Shown here piece by piece: positions 1-7,921 of a stretch of 38,760 nt of DNA (positions are counted from its first letter, which is position 1; every line of letters begins with the position of its first letter). Made by a program: the position numbers and the translations under genes. The stretch is from an uncultured Gammaproteobacteria bacterium (lineage in GTDB: Bacteria > Patescibacteriota > Microgenomatia > UBA10105 > UBA927), in contig CAYUUX010000007.1 in the NCBI GenBank assembly GCA_964448085.1, forward strand, positions 1-38,760, read 5' to 3'. The notes below the pieces were generated by a model. It worked only from the letters and a program-made list of their open reading frames with translations. It did not search any database and had not been told where the DNA came from.

Positions 1-21
1 ACAAACATTTACCCGGGAATT

Positions 22-30
22 TGATAGGGT
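22..30 (+). promoter_or_regulatory. Possible extended -10 element (TGATAGGGT) for the first transcription unit
   Basis: TGn-TAnnnT at 22-30, 12 nt upstream of ATG 43. It shares the TGATA start with three elements at the divergent junctions, but the hexamer TAGGGT is a weak match. Confidence 0.3.
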
Positions 31-42
31 ACTGAAACGCAT

Positions 43-2307
43 ATGCGGTTAACGAAAACTACGCTGTTTGACTTCATAAAGAATCACACACACGGATTGA
101 CGATTTGGGTATTTGCCGCGATTGTCGCTGTATTTTTTTATCGAACTATTTTTTTTACTCAACTTCCCGTCCCGTCGGACGACCTTGTAGGACTGTATCA
201 TCCATGGCGTGATGCATATGCGCATGCATTTCAAAATGGGGTTCCATTCAAAAACTTTCTTATTACAGACCCCATACGACAGCAAATTCCCTGGCGTAAA
301 CAAGTGATTGACGCATGGAAAGCTGGGAAAGCACCCCTTTGGAACGCATATGACTTTTCTGGGACACCGCTTCTCGGCAACATCCAGTCCGGCGCATTGT
401 ATCCGATGAACATAGTATTTTTTGTGTTTCCGTTTGAAATCGCATGGTCGTTATTAATCATCAGCCAACCTTTGCTTGCAGGAATTTTTCTATATCTGTT
501 TTTGCGCCATAAACATATTGAGCCCCTCGCTTCGTTAGTCGGTGCTATCATGTTTGCCTTTTCCGGATTTTCTATTGCGTGGCTCACTTGGGGGACGATT
601 GTGTCGACGATTTTATGGCTCCCCTTGGCGTTGTATTCGTTTGACGAAATACACACAGGGAGAAAGAAGTGGCCCTGGAGATTGTTGTTTATATGGTCCG
701 TTATTTCATCATTTTTTGCAGGGCATTTACAGATATTTTTTTATGGAATGCTGCTTTTTGTTGCGTATGCCGTAGGGCAACAAAAGGCGGTCAAACGAAC
801 AAAGCTTTCTGTGATGCACGTGATGATTCCATGTGTCATTCTGTTGATGACTGCACCCGCATGGATGCGTTTGATTCCCACATACATGGCAAGTTCACGG
901 ATGGAAGGTGTAATTTGGACAAATGAAGGATTCTTTATTCCCATCCGGCATCTCGTCCAATTTATTGCACCGGATTATTTCGGCAATCCGACAACATTAA
1001 ATTATTGGGGGACGTGGAATTACGGAGAAATGATAGGGTACATTGGAGTAATCGGTTTGGCTTTTGCGTTTATCGGAATGAGCAGAATAACCGTATTTTG
1101 GGTCGGAACAATCATTTGCTGCCTTGTTTTTGCGGTTGATGGACCAATTGCGAGGCTTCCATACGTGCTTCATATTCCGTTTTTGTCATCACTTCAGCCA
1201 ACGCGATTGATGGGTATTATTGATTTTTCCCTTTCCATTCTCGCAGCCTATGGTTTTTCATCGATTCTCAAAAACGAGAAGAAAAAGATATTTCGTATCG
1301 GCGTAGCTGTTATTGGAATATTACTTGTGGGTTTGTGGGGAAGCGTAAGTAAACCAGAATTATTTCATATTTCTACAGACCAGCTGATGGTTGCGAAACG
1401 GAATCTTATTCTTCCGACAATTCTATATGGTGTTTTAGTTGGAATGACAGTTCTATTGCAGTTTATCCGATCCCCATGGTATCTCATTCGCATCTTGTGT
1501 TGCGTTGTCTTCATAGCCGCGCTGTCCTTCGAATTGATTCGTTTTGGATGGAAATTTACACCATTTACTGAGGATACGTACTTTTTCCCAAAAACGGATA
1601 TTATTGAAACACTCGAACAGATGAAAAAACCGTTTCGTGTGCTTGCGACTGACGATCGTCTGGTTCCGCCAAACGTATTCGGATTTTACGGGATTGAGTC
1701 AGTGTCCGGGTATGATCCGATATATACGAGTCGGTATGAGGAATTTATCGCCGCCATGGAACGGGGCGAACCAAATATTCAGCCACCATTTGGTTTTAAC
1801 AGGATTATTGCACCAAAAACGATTACCTCTCCTTTGTTTAGTTTATTAAACGTTCACTTTATTGTTGCTATGGATACAATTACTTCTTCCAACGTACGTC
1901 TGCTTTCTGAGGAGGGAACAACAAAATTATATTCGGTTGTTCAAAAGACACCACGTATTTATTTTGCGGATGGCGTTCTATTTGAAACGACGAAACAAAA
2001 CGTCATGAATCGCTTATACGATCCATCATTTATTGGAGGGCAAACGGCTATTGTTGAGTCGCAACCATTTTCGGTCGGTGCTCAATCAACAAGCGATACT
2101 TTGAAGATGACGGTATATGAAGGTGATCATATAGAGATACAAACGATGACGGAACACATCCGATTTATGGTTGTCGGCAATATGATGGACAAGCATTGGC
2201 GCGTGTTTATTGATGGAAAAGAGGCTTCCATATATAGAACGAATTATCTGTTCTTCGGATTCCTCGTTCCAGACGGAACACACCAGATTAAGGTACAATA
2301 TCGTTAA
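43..2307 (+). CDS. YfhO-family GT-C membrane glycosyltransferase (754 aa), no C-terminal anchor helix
   Basis: N-terminal TM, then loop 'PSDDLVGLYHPW...ITDPIRQQIPWR...PLWNAYDFSGTPLLGN', many TM helices, and a C-terminal soluble region with 'W.VFIDG...RTNYLF.G..VP.GTH.I', typical of YfhO proteins. Confidence 0.85.
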   Translation: MRLTKTTLFDFIKNHTHGLTIWVFAAIVAVFFYRTIFFTQLPVPSDDLVGLYHPWRDAYAHAFQNGVPFKNFLITDPIRQQIPWRKQVIDAWKAGKAPLWNAYDFSGTPLLGNIQSGALYPMNIVFFVFPFEIAWSLLIISQPLLAGIFLYLFLRHKHIEPLASLVGAIMFAFSGFSIAWLTWGTIVSTILWLPLALYSFDEIHTGRKKWPWRLLFIWSVISSFFAGHLQIFFYGMLLFVAYAVGQQKAVKRTKLSVMHVMIPCVILLMTAPAWMRLIPTYMASSRMEGVIWTNEGFFIPIRHLVQFIAPDYFGNPTTLNYWGTWNYGEMIGYIGVIGLAFAFIGMSRITVFWVGTIICCLVFAVDGPIARLPYVLHIPFLSSLQPTRLMGIIDFSLSILAAYGFSSILKNEKKKIFRIGVAVIGILLVGLWGSVSKPELFHISTDQLMVAKRNLILPTILYGVLVGMTVLLQFIRSPWYLIRILCCVVFIAALSFELIRFGWKFTPFTEDTYFFPKTDIIETLEQMKKPFRVLATDDRLVPPNVFGFYGIESVSGYDPIYTSRYEEFIAAMERGEPNIQPPFGFNRIIAPKTITSPLFSLLNVHFIVAMDTITSSNVRLLSEEGTTKLYSVVQKTPRIYFADGVLFETTKQNVMNRLYDPSFIGGQTAIVESQPFSVGAQSTSDTLKMTVYEGDHIEIQTMTEHIRFMVVGNMMDKHWRVFIDGKEASIYRTNYLFFGFLVPDGTHQIKVQYR

Positions 2308-2309
2308 TT

Positions 2310-3212
2310 ATGGGAAAACCAACTGTATCAATCGTGCTCCCGAATTGGAATGGCGTGTATTTGTTGGAAAAACATCTGCAGAAAACGATTGATGCATCAA
2401 AAGGTGCTGAAATTATCGTGGCAGATGATTGTTCAACCGACGGATCCGTTGAATTTTTAGAGAAAAAATTTCCGAACGTTGTTATTGTTGCGAACAAAAA
2501 GCGGAATGGCTTTGCCGTTAATATAAATTCGGGAGTTGCAAAAGCAACGGGGGATGTCGTTGTTTTGGTGAATACGGATGTGGAACCGGAAGTGGGATAT
2601 CTCGAACCGCTTATCGAGCATTTTTCCGATAAAAATGTGTTTGCAGTCGGATGTATGGAAAAGAGTCAGGAGAAAGGTGGAGTAGTGCTTCGGGGAAGGG
2701 GTGTTGCTAGATGGGAGAAAGGATTTTATGTCCATGAGCGGGGTGAAGTAAATCAAACTGACACAGCATGGGTTTCTGGTGGCAGTGGAGCATTCCGTCA
2801 TTCTATGTGGAACATATTAGGTGGTATGGATATTCTTTATACGCCATTTTATTGGGAAGATATTGATTTATCATATCGCGCAAGGAAAATTGGTTGGAAG
2901 ATTATTTTTGAACCAAAAAGTATTGTTGATCATTACCACGAAGAGGGGAAAATAAAACGCGAATTTTCTCCGATTGATGTGAAACGTATTGTTTATCGCA
3001 ACCAATTTACGTTTATTTGGAAAAACGTGAGTCATCCTGCGATTTTCTTTACACACATTGTTTGGTTGCCCGTGAGATTAATCCAAGCTTTCATGAGGGG
3101 CGACATCGTCATGTTTCAAGGGTTTTTATTAGCTCTTACAAGGTTGCCACAGATATTCAAGAAACGATGTTCTCAATCGAAACTCTGGAAAATAAACGAT
3201 ACTGCGCTATGA
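2310..3212 (+). CDS. GT2 glycosyltransferase, WbbL/rhamnosyltransferase-like subgroup (300 aa)
   Basis: 'SIVLPNWNG', 'VADDCSTDGS', 'NGFAVNINSG', 'LVNTDV' and 'YWEDIDLSYRA..GW.I.FEP.S.V.H' GT2 motifs; soluble. Confidence 0.9.
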   Translation: MGKPTVSIVLPNWNGVYLLEKHLQKTIDASKGAEIIVADDCSTDGSVEFLEKKFPNVVIVANKKRNGFAVNINSGVAKATGDVVVLVNTDVEPEVGYLEPLIEHFSDKNVFAVGCMEKSQEKGGVVLRGRGVARWEKGFYVHERGEVNQTDTAWVSGGSGAFRHSMWNILGGMDILYTPFYWEDIDLSYRARKIGWKIIFEPKSIVDHYHEEGKIKREFSPIDVKRIVYRNQFTFIWKNVSHPAIFFTHIVWLPVRLIQAFMRGDIVMFQGFLLALTRLPQIFKKRCSQSKLWKINDTAL

Positions 3213-4672
3213 AGAAAAACATATTTTTCTTACTTCTTATTTTCATTACAATAATGGGATTAATTCTTCGTTTTTGGGATTATACAGACCGTTTTGGACT
3301 GGCATATGATCAAGCACATGATGCCTTGGTAGCTCGTTTCGCAATTCAGCAGGGAAAGTTACCTCTGCTCGGTCCATTTTCCTCTGCTGGACCGTTTCAA
3401 ACGTCAGGAACGTGGTATTGGTTGATTATGCTGGGAACGATATTTAATATGGGCAACGTTCTTGCCCCCTGGATTTTCTTGACCAGTTTATGCGGACTTA
3501 TGATTTTTGGGATGGGACTTATTGCACGTAAAATGGAAAACGAATCGTTTGGATTGATCGCGGCAATCCTCACTGCGATATCGACTGCGCAAATTGCACA
3601 ATCTGTGAATTTGACCAATCAAACACCAATTCCGATATTTTCGTTCCTTACGATCGTTTGTTCCTATATGTATCTGAAGAAAAAATCATATGTATCTGCA
3701 TTCGGGTTAGGGTTGTTTTCCGCCTGTGCAGCATCTATTCACCTTCAAGGAGTTGCGCTTGCGTTCATTGTATTTTGGACTTTCTGTTTTGCGGGGAAAT
3801 TTAAGATAAAACATTTTATGCTCGCATGTTTAGGAGCAGTTCTCCCCATGTTGCCGATTTTGATCTGGGATAGTCAGCATGGGTTTATCAATGTCTCGAA
3901 CATGTTTTATTACTACACGAAGGGGCAATTTGCCATATCTTTGGATGTACTGGGTCGTCGTTGGCTTACGTACTTAAAGGTTTTTTGGCCAACGGAGTGG
4001 GCACATATGATTGGAGGATTACCAGGTATAGCAATCGGTATTGCGGTTTTAAGCGGTTTGTGCTTTGTCTGGACTGCATGGAAACGACAATTAAAACGGG
4101 AATGGGTTGTTATTTTTCTTTCGTTTGCCTGCATGGTGATACTTATCCGATATATGCGTGTGCCGATTTTCGCAAGTTTCATCACCGTCACGCATCCGTT
4201 TGTTTTTCTGATTACGGCATGGGGTATCTATGTGATTGGAAAACAATGGAAAGCAGTTGGTCTAATAGTATTTGCCATTATTTTGGCTGGATCCATTTGG
4301 AAAACATACAGGGAACTTAGTCCAAAACACGTGAATTTGACCGCGGATAGTGCGAAAGAAACCCGGTTGTTACTCAAAAAACTGTATCCCGGTGAAAAAT
4401 TTGCAATCTATGATCTTAACTATGACGAAACACGTCGTTCAGTTCCGACAGCATTATATCTGGAAGAACAAGGGATGATTGATGAACATGGTCGACCGAT
4501 TGGATATATCCGAGCAAAAACACAGGCGATTTTTCATACAGATATCATTTCTTCCTCCTCAGGATTGATCTCCGATCTCTCATCTTCCTCAAGTGCAACA
4601 CTTACAAAAGATGGTTGGATCCGGGTGAATGCATCGGATATCTATCGGGAAACGGAAGATTGGAAAAAATAA
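3209..4672 (+). CDS. GT-C membrane glycosyltransferase, ArnT/PMT_2-like, 'DQAHD' subgroup (487 aa)
   Basis: Start re-called at ATG 3209, an ATGA overlap with the upstream stop, instead of the track's 3017. First TM is followed by 'LAYDQAHD...PLLGP.SS.G..QTSG.WYWL', then many TMs and a soluble C-terminal domain. Confidence 0.8.
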   Translation: MKKNIFFLLLIFITIMGLILRFWDYTDRFGLAYDQAHDALVARFAIQQGKLPLLGPFSSAGPFQTSGTWYWLIMLGTIFNMGNVLAPWIFLTSLCGLMIFGMGLIARKMENESFGLIAAILTAISTAQIAQSVNLTNQTPIPIFSFLTIVCSYMYLKKKSYVSAFGLGLFSACAASIHLQGVALAFIVFWTFCFAGKFKIKHFMLACLGAVLPMLPILIWDSQHGFINVSNMFYYYTKGQFAISLDVLGRRWLTYLKVFWPTEWAHMIGGLPGIAIGIAVLSGLCFVWTAWKRQLKREWVVIFLSFACMVILIRYMRVPIFASFITVTHPFVFLITAWGIYVIGKQWKAVGLIVFAIILAGSIWKTYRELSPKHVNLTADSAKETRLLLKKLYPGEKFAIYDLNYDETRRSVPTALYLEEQGMIDEHGRPIGYIRAKTQAIFHTDIISSSSGLISDLSSSSSATLTKDGWIRVNASDIYRETEDWKK

Positions 4673-4674
4673 TC

Positions 4675-6336
4675 TTATCGAGTTGCAATGAACGTTTCGC
4701 AGAATTTCTTCGTCTTCAGTGACTCCACCGCAAAATCCGACAGCGTGAGGTGATTAGGATATCGCTGTAATGTATAGGGAGTACAAAGTGTGTCGTGGAA
4801 AATGAGGTATGCTTCGCCGCCATCACGGAGTCGAGTCACTGCTGTATGTTGTTCGTTTGGTAAGACTGGACAGGAATAGTCAAAAATTGCCGTTTGAGAA
4901 GTAATAGATGTTAGCGTCGAAGGGCAATCGGCGAATATGACGCCATTTTTGGTGAGGGTATTTGCATAAAAATAATATTTTGTCAGAAAATCCCTGTTAT
5001 TATTGGAATATACCGTTGTTGTGATGTTGTTTGTTTTGGTTCGTACAAGGTAACTGGAAAGAACCCGGAATGAAAAGTCTCCGTAATTTTGAAGCGGATG
5101 TTGGATAAAATAGGCATAACCGAAATTGCACACTGAATAGAAATATATGCATCCAATTGCGATATATTTTCCCATTCTTAACCACTTCTTTTTGATGTCT
5201 CCGATTGTTGAAAGTCCGTATCCGATCGGAAATGTAAGCCATGGTAAAAGGAATGAAAGATGACTGGAAAAATCACCATTCATGGCGAATAACAAATGGG
5301 GAATCGTCCCAACAAGTGCGAGGAGAACGGTGAGAAAAAATATAGGGAGATTAGTCGAAAACAGCATTAAGAGCCCGAGAAACAAAAATGGAAGATCAAT
5401 GAAGTAGAAAAAGCCGTGTCCTTGGAGTGGGAAGAAAAGGTCAGCGTCGGCAAATAAATACGATGGTGAAAAAATGTTAAGTAGTTTATTGATGATTGTT
5501 TGTCCATAGATAGTCACTTTATTGATGAGAAGATTGGAAATCGGATTGTCGAGCGATAACTTCCTTGCTGCGTCGACTGCAGCAGTAACCTGTGGATTAT
5601 TTGGTAGATAGATATCACTCATTCTTGACGATGAATTGCGTGCAAGAAGGAAAAAGATACCGGAAATACTGAGAGCGAATACGATCATCAATAGATATTG
5701 TTTGAGATTTTTTCTTTTATGGATGAAATATGCGCATATTACTGAAACGAAAACAAACGGGATAAGAATGGTTTTCGTTGCAATATACGAATAGAACGCG
5801 AGAGTAAGGGGAATTGCCGTCCAAAGGATATTCCAGGACGATAGTGTGAGGAAAAGATACAATGAGAGAAGATAAAAGAATGTTGATACGGTTGTCTCGT
5901 ATCCCGTCCTGCCCATGACGATGATCCATGGATTGATGGCAGCAACCAGTCCGACAAAAAATCCTGCCCGTTCCCCAAGAAGTTTTTTAGCGATCGCGAA
6001 AAGAAGGATGACGACGCCGATGGAAAGGATTGCAAATAGTACGTGTACAGTGAAAAGCGTCTGTTGTGGCAAGTAGGCAAGAGGCAAATGTAAAAAATAA
6101 GGAAGCTCCGCTTGATGTTGATCGGGAGGATATTGGAATAGCAGTGCTTGCCAGATCGTCCACGTGCCAGTCATATCTTTGCCTGTTTGTGCAACAGCAC
6201 GAGCGGTGATTGGATACACAAGTTCGTCCCCCGCGATGGCGTTCGGGATGATGGATAGATATACAAGTCGGAACACACTTGCGATGAGAATGATGATGAC
6301 GAGTTGCCAGATAGAGTGGTGTTGTTTAATTTTCAT
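4675..6336 (-). CDS. GT-C membrane glycosyltransferase, 'DE' subgroup with 4-Cys C-terminal domain (553 aa)
   Basis: Start re-called at ATG 6336, 1 nt after the stop of the upstream minus-strand gene. 'AIAGDELVY', 'AAINPWIIVMGRTGYE', many TMs. Paralogue of 24917..26692. Confidence 0.8.
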   Translation of the reverse strand: MKIKQHHSIWQLVIIILIASVFRLVYLSIIPNAIAGDELVYPITARAVAQTGKDMTGTWTIWQALLFQYPPDQHQAELPYFLHLPLAYLPQQTLFTVHVLFAILSIGVVILLFAIAKKLLGERAGFFVGLVAAINPWIIVMGRTGYETTVSTFFYLLSLYLFLTLSSWNILWTAIPLTLAFYSYIATKTILIPFVFVSVICAYFIHKRKNLKQYLLMIVFALSISGIFFLLARNSSSRMSDIYLPNNPQVTAAVDAARKLSLDNPISNLLINKVTIYGQTIINKLLNIFSPSYLFADADLFFPLQGHGFFYFIDLPFLFLGLLMLFSTNLPIFFLTVLLALVGTIPHLLFAMNGDFSSHLSFLLPWLTFPIGYGLSTIGDIKKKWLRMGKYIAIGCIYFYSVCNFGYAYFIQHPLQNYGDFSFRVLSSYLVRTKTNNITTTVYSNNNRDFLTKYYFYANTLTKNGVIFADCPSTLTSITSQTAIFDYSCPVLPNEQHTAVTRLRDGGEAYLIFHDTLCTPYTLQRYPNHLTLSDFAVESLKTKKFCETFIATR

Positions 6337-6337
6337 A

Positions 6338-7855
6338 TCATCGGAATGAAAGTCCAAGTTCGATATTTTGATCATGCGGTATCGCAATTTCATCGTCATT
6401 GAGTGTATATCTCAGGATTTTATAACCACTTGGAAATACCTCTGTCTCAATTGGAGGTTTTTCGATATGCAATTGATGGGATATCCACCATGTTTCGTTC
6501 ATATACGGATCGTCAGGTGGTGGAGGAGCGGCAATGACGTAGGTCGTAGATTTTTTCGTATATTCTGATGCATGAGCATGTTGTGATTGGAAACCGTATA
6601 TCATTGCATACCGAGGTTGATACGCGAATGCATCTGGTGAGAATACGTAATATCCGAACTCATTTTGTTTTTCTTTTTCTGTTATACGTCTTGCAACGGC
6701 TTGTAGTGATATCCATGAATATTGGCTTTTACCTATGAAATCGTGTTCAATATATCGGTCATAATTAATGGAAGTTGTTACATTGAAATAAAAAACAATG
6801 AGTGCAAGCGGAGCAAAAATCCAGATATACTTCTTTTCGAAAAATGAGACAAACCATAAGATCGTTAGCGGAAACAAGAAGAAAACGTAATGACCAAGGA
6901 TAACGCCTTTGTTAATGAATGATAAGAGCATATATCCAAAATAAAAATACATCATGAGGGAATAAAATAACGTATGTTCGCGCTTTCGTATTCGGATGAT
7001 AGAAAAAGTGACGACGAAAAGAAAAAAAACTTCAAGAAAATGAAATGGATGGAGATTTCCATCTTGGAATATCAACAGTGATACTGTGCTTTCCCATCTG
7101 TTGCGTATCCAAAATGTGAAAGGAACATAGATCGTTGATGAAGTGAAAAGGTGAAAAACCGGCTTGATCATGATGAAATCATGACGAAGGTTAAAAATGA
7201 TGTAATTAACGAGAAACAGAGGTACCACGAGAAACGCGAGGAGATGTTTCCATAAACGTTTTTTTATGATGAAACCCATGGAAATCCCGGCTCCTAAAAG
7301 GAACAACGAGCCTCCGGGGCCGACATTCATCTGAATCATAAAAGTGAGTGATATGAGATGAATAATGAGGTACTGTACTTTTTTTGTTTTGAAATATTGA
7401 TATACTGAGTAAAATACGAGGGGCGTAAACATAAATTCTGCAAGCGCATGCATTATTCCATTCATGTGGGGAGCAACGCGTACTTCCACGAGGAGAATGA
7501 AAAGAAGGGCGGCTGGTACAGAAATGAGTTTCTGCACGATGAAAAAACTCGTAATTAGGAAAACGGTGAGACAGATAATCCAAAACCAACCGACTATAAC
7601 AGGATTGCCATGACCGATCAGGTATGCGGGATAAGAAAGATATGTCCAAAGTGGGCCATGAAACAAACCAGTCTCATTGGAACGAGCTCCAATAAGGACG
7701 ATTTTCTTTTGTGCAAGTTCCTGCATCAACAGGAAATCCCGTGCGACGTCATTAAAAAAATTTAACTCCCCATGGAGAACGGAAAAAGAACAAAGGTATA
7801 GACCAAACACCGCGAGGATAATAAAAAAAACCCAATAAATTCGTTTACCCCACAT
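6338..7855 (-). CDS. GT-C membrane glycosyltransferase, 'DVARD' subgroup (505 aa)
   Basis: 'FFNDVARDFLLM...IVLIGARSNETGLFHGPLWTY' after TM1, multiple TMs, C-terminal soluble domain 'F.YYVFSPDAFAY'. Confidence 0.8.
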   Translation of the reverse strand: MWGKRIYWVFFIILAVFGLYLCSFSVLHGELNFFNDVARDFLLMQELAQKKIVLIGARSNETGLFHGPLWTYLSYPAYLIGHGNPVIVGWFWIICLTVFLITSFFIVQKLISVPAALLFILLVEVRVAPHMNGIMHALAEFMFTPLVFYSVYQYFKTKKVQYLIIHLISLTFMIQMNVGPGGSLFLLGAGISMGFIIKKRLWKHLLAFLVVPLFLVNYIIFNLRHDFIMIKPVFHLFTSSTIYVPFTFWIRNRWESTVSLLIFQDGNLHPFHFLEVFFLFVVTFSIIRIRKREHTLFYSLMMYFYFGYMLLSFINKGVILGHYVFFLFPLTILWFVSFFEKKYIWIFAPLALIVFYFNVTTSINYDRYIEHDFIGKSQYSWISLQAVARRITEKEKQNEFGYYVFSPDAFAYQPRYAMIYGFQSQHAHASEYTKKSTTYVIAAPPPPDDPYMNETWWISHQLHIEKPPIETEVFPSGYKILRYTLNDDEIAIPHDQNIELGLSFR

Positions 7856-7864
7856 TGTCTTTAT

Positions 7865-7873
7865 AGTGTATCA
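7865..7873 (-). promoter_or_regulatory. Extended -10 promoter TGATACACT for the 7855->4675 unit
   Basis: Minus strand reads TGA-TACACT-ataaagaca-ATG, 9 nt to ATG 7855. No SD and no recognisable -35. Confidence 0.6.
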
Positions 7874-7905
7874 AATTCTTTCTAACATCGCTTCAACTAA
7901 TTTTA

Positions 7906-7914
7906 CGGTATAAT
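7906..7914 (+). promoter_or_regulatory. -10 promoter TATAAT, probably leaderless, for 7922..10222
   Basis: Perfect TATAAT at 7909-7914, followed by exactly 7 nt and then GTG 7922. Confidence 0.65.
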
Positions 7915-7921
7915 AGAAATC

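Noticed and set aside
1-42. TACCC/GGGTA inverted repeat (10-14, 27-31) and a possible divergent ATG at position 8
   Set aside because: A 5-bp stem with a 12-nt loop is too weak, and only 8 nt of the putative gene are visible.
3017-3208. 64-aa N-terminal extension in the track's 551-aa ORF
   Set aside because: It overlaps the GT2 gene by about 190 nt and looks non-coding; ATG 3209 gives an ATGA overlap and a normal TM1.
6337-6399. Track start of the 574-aa minus ORF
   Set aside because: It lies inside the upstream gene; ATG 6336 sits 1 nt after its stop and fits the local junction pattern.
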